In this document: one piece after another, positions 24,764-31,909 of the stretch
Position numbering within the stretch: the first letter of the stretch is position 1
How the letters are laid out: every line of letters starts with the position of its first letter
Assembly: GCA_035488355.1 (NCBI GenBank)
Contig: DATHLI010000131.1
Span: 1-41,794 of the forward strand
Direction of reading: 5' to 3'
Source of the DNA: a bacterium
GTDB lineage: Bacteria > Sysuimicrobiota > Sysuimicrobiia > Sysuimicrobiales > Segetimicrobiaceae
Length of the DNA stretch: 41,794 nt
Program-made: the position numbers and the translations under genes
The notes under the pieces: generated by a model
Told to the model about the DNA's origin: nothing
Databases searched by the model: none
Seen by the model: only the letters and a program-made list of their open reading frames with translations

Positions 24764-25085
24764 TGGGTCGGCGCCTCCACTGGTGTGCGCGTCTGCACAG
24801 ATCCCAGGTGTCCAGCGGACGATGCGTCAGGGTGTCCTAACGCCTGCGGTTACGTTTCACGCGTCGGCCCATCGATCCCTACGCCCCTGCGCATCATTTA
24901 ACATATATTTATCCAATGTTCACGTATGCTACGCACCCGGCGCGCGAGACATCCCTGACGATGCCAATCGCAGCATCCTCCAGGTCTGGCCCGGTGTCCG
25001 AGCGGTGCGTGCCGGGACTTACCCAGCCGGGCAGGCGCGCCTATCTATCCGGACACCCTCACGCGGCGGCGCACGCCCGGCCCGG

Positions 25086-26057
25086 TCAGCTTCCCAGATC
25101 GATCGTGGAGGCCCAGGACCGGTTCTCCTCATACCAGCGGACCGCGTTCCGCAGCCCGTCCTCCAGAGAGGTCTGGGGTGCCCACCCCAGAAGGCGGCGT
25201 GCCTTTGTCACGTCGGCCCAGGTGGCCGGGACATCGGCGGGGTGACGGGGGAGGCGTTCCAGAAGGGCCGGACGTTGCAGAATCTTCTCGAGCACGGCGA
25301 TGACCTGGCGGACGGCCACGGGCCGGTCGCTCCCCAAGTTGATGACCTCGTACCCCGTCGGCCGCACTGCCAAAACGGTCCCGCGGGCGATATCGTCGAC
25401 GTAGGTGAAGTCACGCTCCTGGGAGCCATCCCCATAGAGTGGAAGGGGACCCCCTTCCGCTATGCGCTGGATGAAGCGGAAGTAGCTCATGTCGGGCCTT
25501 CCGGCCGGACCGTAGACGGTGAAATACCGCAGGACGGTGACATCGAGCTCATAAAGCCGGTGATAGGTGAAGCACAGTGTCTCGGCCGCCTTCTTGGACG
25601 CGGCGTACGGTGAGAGAGGGCGGTCTGTCGGCTGATCCTCTTGGAAGGGTCGAGCGGCGTCGCCGTAGAGGGCGGATGTCGACGCCTGGACAAATTTCCG
25701 CACTTCGAACGTCCGGCAAAGTTCCAAGAGGTTCAGCGCACCGATGACGTTCGTGTCATAGTAGGCCCAGGGATCTAGCAGGCTCTGCCGGACCCCCGCG
25801 CGCGCCGCGAGGTTAATCACGCCATCGACTGGGCTGGTCCGGAAGTGTTCCTCGAGAGCCCTCCGGTTGAGGATATCGCACTGGTGGAAGGTGAAATTTG
25901 GCTCCGCGTGGAGTTGGCCGAGGCGCCACTCTTTGAGCCGTCTATCATAACTGGCATTCAGGTTGTCAATCCCCGTAACACGATGGCCGGCCCGGACCAG
26001 CAACTCAACGACTTTCGACCCAATGAAGCCGGCGCAGCCCGTTACGAGGACGTTCAC
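25086..26057 (-). CDS. NAD-dependent epimerase, UDP-glucuronate 4-epimerase-like (extended SDR)
   Basis: MNVLVTGCAGFIGSKVV..., GIDNLNASYD, YAASKKAAE (YxxxK) and RYFTVYGPAGRPDM, which is typical of UDP-GlcA 4-epimerases. GTG start. Confidence 0.8.
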   Translation of the reverse strand: MNVLVTGCAGFIGSKVVELLVRAGHRVTGIDNLNASYDRRLKEWRLGQLHAEPNFTFHQCDILNRRALEEHFRTSPVDGVINLAARAGVRQSLLDPWAYYDTNVIGALNLLELCRTFEVRKFVQASTSALYGDAARPFQEDQPTDRPLSPYAASKKAAETLCFTYHRLYELDVTVLRYFTVYGPAGRPDMSYFRFIQRIAEGGPLPLYGDGSQERDFTYVDDIARGTVLAVRPTGYEVINLGSDRPVAVRQVIAVLEKILQRPALLERLPRHPADVPATWADVTKARRLLGWAPQTSLEDGLRNAVRWYEENRSWASTIDLGS

Positions 26058-26357
26058 GAGGCCCCGGTCCTGCCGTATAGCGATCTGAACCTTCGCATCG
26101 CTCCACTATTATTATCCGGGCACGGCTCTATACTGCCCTAGTATCAAAAGAAGGATTTCGGAAGTATCTTTTGCGCGAGCCACGGGGCCCTCTCCCTCGC
26201 CCTCGTTCGAAGGATTCCCATTTTTCCTCCCTTTTGCGGAGCACCCTCTTAGGGTTAACCCCCTATACTTGGCTTATGTGCGCTGGCTGGCCGGGAGGCC
26301 GACTGGTTCTGAGTCTACGTGCGCGGGCAGGTCCCGGCGCCACCGAAGGTGTCTTTG

Positions 26358-27059
26358 ATGGCTGACTTTTGGGCGGGGCAGCGCCTCCTGGTGATGACTC
26401 CTCACGCCGATGACGAGGCGTACGGGTGCGCCGGAACGATCGCCAAGGTGAAGGCCGGCGGCGGAGAGGTCTTCGTCATGGTCGGCTCCGTGGGAGACCT
26501 GCGGCATTACGGGTCCGGAATGGTACCCGGAGAGACCCGGGCGGCCGAACTGAAGGCCGCGATGGAGTACCTGCAGGTTGATGGGTACGAGATACTGTTC
26601 ACCGATGCCGAGTCTCACCTCCGCTTGGACACCGTCCCGCGGCGCGACCTCGTGGCCCTGCTGGAGCGGGACGCCAAGTACTCCATCGACAAGGTCCGCC
26701 CGACGGTGCTCATCCTCCCCGCGCCTTCGTACAACCAGGACCACGGGGCGATCTACGACGCGGGGTTTACAGCGTGCCGCCCGCATCGTCGAGAGGACAA
26801 GCACTTCATTGATCTCGTGCTGACCTGCGATTCGGTTCAACTGGGCTGGGGGCAGGCCGCGTTCCACCCCGATGTGTACGTCGATATCTCAGAATACCTC
26901 GGAGCCAAGTTGGACGCCCTGGCGTTTCACAAATCGCAACTGAGACCGGCCCCCGATCCGGGGAGCCTCCAGAACGTCGAGCGTCTCGCCCGCCTGCGGG
27001 GGGCCGATATCGGCGTTGACGCCGCCGAGGCGTATGAATGTCTTCGTATAGCGCTGTAA
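26358..27059 (+). CDS. Second PIG-L/LmbE-family deacetylase
   Basis: MADFWAGQRLLVMTPHADDEAYGCAGTIAK... and APSYNQDH. ATG 26358 lies 6 nt after GAAGGTG. Confidence 0.85.
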   Translation: MADFWAGQRLLVMTPHADDEAYGCAGTIAKVKAGGGEVFVMVGSVGDLRHYGSGMVPGETRAAELKAAMEYLQVDGYEILFTDAESHLRLDTVPRRDLVALLERDAKYSIDKVRPTVLILPAPSYNQDHGAIYDAGFTACRPHRREDKHFIDLVLTCDSVQLGWGQAAFHPDVYVDISEYLGAKLDALAFHKSQLRPAPDPGSLQNVERLARLRGADIGVDAAEAYECLRIAL

Positions 27060-28144
27060 TTCCTCTCGCGTTCCTGAGCGCGCTTGCCCTGTCGCTCGTC
27101 CTGACGCCGCTCTGTGAGCGCCTGGCCCGCCGCTGGGGTGTTCTGGATCTCCCCTCCTCTCGCAAGGTGCATACGCAGCCGACCCCGAGACTGGGCGGTA
27201 TCGCAGTCTTTCTGGCCTTCGCCGTCACGGCGCTGCTGTTTCTCCGGCCCGTCATCCGCGACCAGATGACGTTGCTTCTGGCAGGCGCGGTCGCCTTCTT
27301 CCTGATCGGCCTCGTCGACGATCTTCGGAATGCCGGCCCGTGGAAGCTGGCCGTCGAGGGAGGGGTCGTGGCGTCCATCGTGTTGCTGGGAGGGTTCAGG
27401 GTGAACCTTCCGTGGCCCCATCTGGGCGAGATCCTGGCCATTCTCTGGATCGTGGGCGTGGCCAACGCCATGAATTGCATCGACTGCACCGACGGGGTGG
27501 CCGGCGGCACCGCAACGATTGGCGCGCTCGCCCTCGTCCCCATCGCGCTCGTTGCGGGTCGCTTGGGGGTGGCCGTGGGTGCCGCCTCCGTGGCGGGGGC
27601 GGCCCTGGGCTTCCTGCGATACAATTACCCCCCGGCCCGAATCTTTCTGGGAGACGCCGGGAGTCTGATGGTTGGGTTCCTCTTGGCCGCGCTGAGCGCG
27701 ACGCTGGCCGCTCCTGGAGCCTCGCTGGCAAGATCCGTCGCGCCGGTGCTGATCCTCGGACTTCCGGTCTGTGATTTCTTGTTCGTGCATTGGAAGCGGT
27801 ATCAAAATGGCGTCAGGAACCCGATTGAGCTCTTGAGGTACACTGGGAAAGATCATCTTCCCCATCGGCTGCAGCAAGCAGGCCTCTCCTTTCGTCAGAT
27901 CGCGTGGTGGGTCTACAGCGGAGCTGCCCTGCTCGGGCTGAGCGCGGTTGTGCTCGTGCTGTGGGGGCCGCTGACCGCGGCGATCGTGGCGGCACCGCTC
28001 GTGGCCGCCGCGCTTGGGGGATGGGGGGCGGGGGCAGCCTCCCAGGGGCGAGGCGATTATCTCATGGCGATCGCCGGCTGGACGCCCGGCGGATCTGTCC
28101 CCAGCGGGTCTTCCGAAGATGCCGCCGGAGTCACGGGGCCTTAA
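27038..28144 (+). CDS. Polytopic phosphoglycosyl transferase, WecA/MraY (GT4-family, UDP-HexNAc:polyprenol-P HexNAc-1-P transferase) type
   Basis: About 10 TM segments. Motifs: PTPRLGGIAVF, GLVDDL, NAMNCIDCTDGVAGG, RIFLGDAGSLMVGF. It overlaps the upstream PIG-L gene by 22 nt. Confidence 0.85.
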   Translation: MSSYSAVIPLAFLSALALSLVLTPLCERLARRWGVLDLPSSRKVHTQPTPRLGGIAVFLAFAVTALLFLRPVIRDQMTLLLAGAVAFFLIGLVDDLRNAGPWKLAVEGGVVASIVLLGGFRVNLPWPHLGEILAILWIVGVANAMNCIDCTDGVAGGTATIGALALVPIALVAGRLGVAVGAASVAGAALGFLRYNYPPARIFLGDAGSLMVGFLLAALSATLAAPGASLARSVAPVLILGLPVCDFLFVHWKRYQNGVRNPIELLRYTGKDHLPHRLQQAGLSFRQIAWWVYSGAALLGLSAVVLVLWGPLTAAIVAAPLVAAALGGWGAGAASQGRGDYLMAIAGWTPGGSVPSGSSEDAAGVTGP

Positions 28145-28540
28145 GTGGATTTGACTCCCCATCTGGTGACCGGCGCGGCTCTTGGCGCCCGCGTGAAGGT
28201 GCCGATGGCGGCGCTGGTGGTGGCGTTCGCGAGCCATTTCGTGTTGGATACGATTCCCCATTACGATTTCGCCTGGATCGGCAGCCACGGCCTCTTCGAG
28301 GCGATTGATATCGGGCTCGGGGTTCTGCTGACGGGACTCATCATCTGGAAGGTTCGGCATTGGTGGCCGCTTGCGGGCGCGCTGGCCGCGATTCTGTCGG
28401 ACGCGCCCGGAGTGAAGGCACGGTGGGATACGATCTTCCCCCATTACTCATGGGCGCCGCCGGGGGGACTCGCCATGGAAATCGTCGTGGTAGGCGCCGC
28501 GCTGTTCTGGGGCCTGGGGGCGCCAATCCGGACGAAGTGA
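28145..28540 (+). CDS. Small integral membrane protein; tentatively a YdjM/DUF457-like membrane-bound metal-dependent hydrolase
   Basis: MDLTPHLVTGAALG...ASHFVLDTIPHYDF, plus 3-4 hydrophobic segments. The GTG start directly abuts the WecA-like stop codon. Confidence 0.5.
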   Translation: MDLTPHLVTGAALGARVKVPMAALVVAFASHFVLDTIPHYDFAWIGSHGLFEAIDIGLGVLLTGLIIWKVRHWWPLAGALAAILSDAPGVKARWDTIFPHYSWAPPGGLAMEIVVVGAALFWGLGAPIRTK

Positions 28541-29058
28541 ACCATCGGTTGAGTCGGGAGGGACCGGAAGTGCTGCCATCTGTGCAGGGCGACAACGAGA
28601 GCGGTCTTCGGAGTCTCGCCCATCTTTCCACTGCGACGAATTCGGCCGAGAGACGGCTCCTCCACTTGATCAAGGAGCGGGCGGGCGAGGCGGTTTCCCT
28701 CGAAGATTTCATCGGCGAGCTCTCCAGGCTGAGAGGGGACCTGGGACGGTGTTATCGCGAGATCACGGAGACGAACGGGCGGCGGGATCTGAGCTTCAGC
28801 ATCATCGCGGCGCTCGACGGGCTCGACCAGTGGTGCCTGTGGCTGTACCGGAAGACCCACCTGGAGCAGGCCTTTTTCGAGAAGCTGCACCTCGAGCAGA
28901 GACTTCGGACTTTGATCTCCACTGATGCGTACGAGGTCTACCAGGAGCTGCTGACTGTGGAAGAGCGGGAACGGGAATTCCTGGGCAAAGAGGCATCGGA
29001 CATCAAGCGGCTGATGCTGACGGAAAACGGTTCGCCATCGACCGGCTTGGAAGATTGA
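28537..29058 (+). CDS. Hypothetical protein, paralog B of the locus-specific pair
   Basis: The track ORF 28360..29058 is trimmed to GTG 28537, which overlaps the upstream stop (GTGA). The resulting 173 aa matches the length of paralog A. See the 24239..24763 feature for the similarity. Confidence 0.65.
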   Translation: MNHRLSREGPEVLPSVQGDNESGLRSLAHLSTATNSAERRLLHLIKERAGEAVSLEDFIGELSRLRGDLGRCYREITETNGRRDLSFSIIAALDGLDQWCLWLYRKTHLEQAFFEKLHLEQRLRTLISTDAYEVYQELLTVEEREREFLGKEASDIKRLMLTENGSPSTGLED

Positions 29059-29150
29059 GGCCCGTCCGGTGTCCGGGCACACCCGCATGTCGCGCCGCGG
29101 CGCGTGAGGCGCCCGTGAGCGCACTCATCTGCTAACGGCTGGGTAGGCAG

Positions 29151-29190
29151 CAGCGGCGCGCCCTTCCTTGACGCGCCGCTGTATGGTTTT
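29151..29190 (+). terminator. GC-rich hairpin / intrinsic terminator after paralog B
   Basis: CAGCGGCGCG (29151-29160), 11-nt loop, CGCGCCGCTG (29172-29181), then tatggtttt. Confidence 0.6.
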
Positions 29191-29199
29191 AGGACCGCG

Positions 29200-29958
29200 A
29201 TGCGGGGGGCCGCCTCTCCGCCCTCGCGGCAAGGGATGGACGCAGGCCCGGCGAAACGTGTCTCTATTGTGAAAGGCTTACGAAGCTTGTCTCCGCCGCT
29301 GATCGTGTTTTTGGGCGTGATGTTCATCGTCGCTGCCGTCATCGGCTACGTGCTCGGGCCGGTTCGCCGCCAGGCGGTCACGGTGCCGGCGCCTGGAGTC
29401 GCCCCTCCACCGGAGATCGTGGAGCCCGCGCCTCCCACACCGCCCTCCGACCAGAGCGCGCCGCCGTCAGGGGCTCAGGCGGCGCCAGGGGCCCCCGGTT
29501 CATCCTCCACCTCCTCGGCAGGCCCCCCCTCGTCAGGCTCGCCTCCTCCAGAGACCCCCGGTTCGTTCCCGCCACCCGGGGGGGGATCGTCCGTTTCCCC
29601 CGCACCGCCTCCACCTGCCGCACCACCGTCCGCTCCCGGTTCGTCTCCCCCAGGTCAGGCCGGCGGCGGGGCAGGGCAGGTGGTTCCTCCCGCGCTAGCA
29701 GAAGGGCCGGCGCGCCCCCCAACCGCAAAGCCGGCCCCGGCGTTTCGCGTCCAGGCCGGCGCGTTCAATGTCCGTCGGAACGCCCAGGCGCTGTTCGAGC
29801 AGCTGCGCTCCCACGGCTACACCGCGGTGATCATCGAGTCCGGTGGTCCGCCGCGGTATCGGGTGTGGGTCGGGGGCGAGCTTGACCGGTCCGCGGCAGA
29901 GCGCCTCACCGCCGCCCTGCGGGCCGAGGGCTTCGATGCGGCGTTGATCGCCCGATAG
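29200..29958 (+). CDS. SPOR-domain protein with N-terminal TM anchor and a Pro/Ser/Gly/Ala-rich linker
   Basis: TM segment LIVFLGVMFIVAAVIGYVLG, a low-complexity linker, and a C-terminal SPOR-like domain (AFRVQAGAFNVRRNAQALFEQLRSHGYTAVIIE...YRVWVGGELDRSAAERLTAALRAEGFDAALI). Confidence 0.8.
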   Translation: MRGAASPPSRQGMDAGPAKRVSIVKGLRSLSPPLIVFLGVMFIVAAVIGYVLGPVRRQAVTVPAPGVAPPPEIVEPAPPTPPSDQSAPPSGAQAAPGAPGSSSTSSAGPPSSGSPPPETPGSFPPPGGGSSVSPAPPPPAAPPSAPGSSPPGQAGGGAGQVVPPALAEGPARPPTAKPAPAFRVQAGAFNVRRNAQALFEQLRSHGYTAVIIESGGPPRYRVWVGGELDRSAAERLTAALRAEGFDAALIAR

Positions 29959-30010
29959 GCCCGCGAATCATAAACGAACTCGCAGGATGCGCGCTTAGAA
30001 TCCTCTCCTT

Positions 30011-30046
30011 GAACGATAGCCCCGGAATGCGGCCCCTCGTTATACT
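30011..30046 (+). promoter_or_regulatory. Candidate promoter/operator of PEP-CTERM gene 1: GAACGATAG motif, 21 nt, then TATACT
   Basis: gaacgatag (30011-30019), a 21-nt spacer, tatact (30041-30046). The same architecture occurs upstream of the paralogous gene. Confidence 0.45.
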
Positions 30047-30078
30047 TTCTGGTAATTGGTTCCATACCGGGGGCCACC

Positions 30079-30762
30079 TTGAGACAGTTCATGGTCCGTC
30101 TGGGCGTCGCGTGCATTCTGGTCGGCGCAGGCCTTGCAGTTCCCCGTCCAGCGCCGGCAGCGGCGGTGCCCAACCCGCTCGATTGCGCAGTGGTGAAGCA
30201 GAGCAACCCTGTGATCTACACGATCGACGAGACGACCTCACAGCAACTGACGGCGCCGGAGAACAGTGTGTGTCTCGTCGAAAACCAAGACCTGGCAAAT
30301 ATACCGGGCGGGCCTCTCGTTACTCCACCCACCGTCTTCTTTGATATCTACGAGCCCGGCCATACCCCCGGTAATCCCAGCGATCTGACGCCCGTGAGCG
30401 ATTACGCCAGCGTGGCCTTTGTGCCAAACGCGAACTGCACGGTTCTGCTGTGCACGACGGTAACGTTGGGGTCAGACCTCGGCGAGCCTGCGCCGACGGA
30501 GGTTGGGCTGGCGGCACGCTGCGGCCTACCCGGCTTTACCACAAATTGCTTTAACCTCTTTGAAGACGCGAATGGAGTCGGGATCAATCCAAATGGCGTG
30601 TTGACGGATTTTGGCCTGCTTCCTTGCACCACGACAGGCAGCTGCCTGCTCATCCAGAGCGACGGACAGGCGGCGGTGCCTGAACCGTCCAGCGCGCTGC
30701 TGCTGGGTACTGTGCTGCCGGGGTTCTTGCGGATCAGGCGATTCTCGCGGCGCGCGCTGTAA
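30079..30762 (+). CDS. PEP-CTERM sorting-domain protein (exosortase cargo), paralog 1
   Basis: Signal peptide (MRQFMVRLGVACILVGAGLAVP...). The C-terminus AAVPEPSSALLLGTVLPGFLRIRRFSRRAL has the VPEP motif, a hydrophobic helix and an Arg cluster. The TTG start at 30079 gives the same N-terminal length as paralog 2; ATG 30091 is an alternative. Confidence 0.85.
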   Translation: MRQFMVRLGVACILVGAGLAVPRPAPAAAVPNPLDCAVVKQSNPVIYTIDETTSQQLTAPENSVCLVENQDLANIPGGPLVTPPTVFFDIYEPGHTPGNPSDLTPVSDYASVAFVPNANCTVLLCTTVTLGSDLGEPAPTEVGLAARCGLPGFTTNCFNLFEDANGVGINPNGVLTDFGLLPCTTTGSCLLIQSDGQAAVPEPSSALLLGTVLPGFLRIRRFSRRAL

Positions 30763-30808
30763 TTCAGGCGTGAGAGCCGGCGCCCACTAAACGAGACCAG
30801 TAAAGGCC

Positions 30809-30848
30809 AGCGGCGCGTCGCCACGTGGCGCGCCGCTCGTCATTTGAG
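30809..30848 (+). terminator. GC-rich hairpin / terminator after PEP-CTERM gene 1
   Basis: AGCGGCGCG (30809-30817), 11-nt loop, CGCGCCGCT (30829-30837), then cgtcatttgag. Confidence 0.55.
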
Positions 30849-30862
30849 AAGGCGCAATACTC

Positions 30863-30903
30863 CTATCGAACGATAGACCGCGAAGGCAGGGCTCGATTAT
30901 AAT
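30863..30903 (+). promoter_or_regulatory. Candidate promoter/operator of PEP-CTERM gene 2: palindrome CTATCG-AA-CGATAG, 21 nt, then TATAAT
   Basis: A perfect 14-bp palindrome at 30863-30876 contains GAACGATAG. A 21-nt spacer follows, then tataat (30898-30903). A strong SD (GGGGGGAGG) precedes ATG 30949. Confidence 0.5.
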
Positions 30904-30948
30904 TCCGTTAAACTTTACTGGAGTTGAGCCGTCAAAGGGGGGAGGACC

Positions 30949-31647
30949 ATGAAACACCTGTTCGTCTGCTTGGCTACGGCTTGTATTCTGGTCGGCGCAG
31001 GACTTGTGGTTCCCGGCCCCGCGCACGCGGGTCCATTCGATTGCCAGACCTTGCAGCAGCGCGATGCGAGCGCGGGCCAGCCTCTCATCTATGGAATCGA
31101 CGAGGTGAATGGTCTCTTGGTGACCTCGGAGGGCAATGCGTGCATTATCCCAACTGGGCTTTTTGTGCTGCCAAATAATTCCTCCGCCGTTGATGTATAC
31201 GAGCCAGGGAATACACCTGGCAATGGCATTCTATTCCCCGTGAGCGACTATGCTGATATTGGCGTTACATCAACGGGTTGTGATGTCGGTGTTCAATCGT
31301 GTGCAGAGATCTCGTTGAGATCTGATCCAGGCGGAGCTGGGACTGGCGCGGAGGGTGGGCTGCTGGCGCGTTGTGGCGTGACGGTTCCTACCGGGTGCGA
31401 TAACTTCTTCGAAGATCCAAATACTGGGATCGCACAAGATCCAGCTAACAATGGGCAGGTGGGAAGTAGCTTTGGCTCCCTTCCTTGCGATGAGTACACT
31501 GATCCAGGCCAAGCGACCTGCCTTGTTATCCAGAGCGATACGGCATCGGGAGAAGCAGCGGTGCCTGAACCATCCAGCGCACTGCTCCTGGGGGCTGTGC
31601 TGCCGGGGTTGTTCGGGTTCAGGCGGCTGTCGCGCCGCGATCGGTGA
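30949..31647 (+). CDS. PEP-CTERM sorting-domain protein (exosortase cargo), paralog 2
   Basis: Signal peptide MKHLFVCLATACILVGAGLVVPGPAHA. C-terminus AAVPEPSSALLLGAVLPGLFGFRRLSRRDR. Blocks shared with paralog 1: YEPG(H/N)TPGN, PVSDYA, L(A/L)ARCG, NxFED, LPC...C L(L/V)IQSD. Confidence 0.9.
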   Translation: MKHLFVCLATACILVGAGLVVPGPAHAGPFDCQTLQQRDASAGQPLIYGIDEVNGLLVTSEGNACIIPTGLFVLPNNSSAVDVYEPGNTPGNGILFPVSDYADIGVTSTGCDVGVQSCAEISLRSDPGGAGTGAEGGLLARCGVTVPTGCDNFFEDPNTGIAQDPANNGQVGSSFGSLPCDEYTDPGQATCLVIQSDTASGEAAVPEPSSALLLGAVLPGLFGFRRLSRRDR

Positions 31648-31694
31648 GTCAGTACTGAACGCTCGAGTCCCTTAACGCACGCACGCTCGGCACC

Positions 31695-31734
31695 GGCGGC
31701 GCGCCGAAACGTGGCGCGCCGCCCCTGTTTGAGA
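31695..31734 (+). terminator. GC-rich hairpin / terminator after PEP-CTERM gene 2
   Basis: GGCGGCGCGCC (31695-31705), loop gaaacgt, GGCGCGCCGCC (31713-31723), then cctgtttgaga. Confidence 0.6.
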
Positions 31735-31909
31735 GGCACCCCGAGCCTTCCGGCGCAATCTCCTGGAATCTTCCTCCCAATCTTCCCCATGCTCCCCAGC
31801 CTGGGCGCCGGCGAGCGGACCACCCTACGAGCGCTAGTGGAATTGCCCCGGAGGGGTCGTCTCGCGCTCGAAATGGGGCATGTATTGTACTCGGGGAGGC
31901 GATACCGGA

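Noticed and set aside
24764-25085. AT-rich patch (about 24893-24935, catttaacatatatttatccaatgttcacg) upstream of paralog A; considered as a promoter call.
   Set aside because: I could not place a convincing -35/-10 pair with proper spacing on the minus strand. It is probably promoter or terminator DNA but is not supportable as a discrete feature.
29390-29730. Repetitive C/G-rich DNA (ccncc/ggngg runs) that might look like a tandem repeat or a CRISPR-like array.
   Set aside because: It has no regular period or spacer structure. It encodes the Pro/Ser/Gly/Ala low-complexity linker of the SPOR protein in a frame continuous with the TM and SPOR domains.
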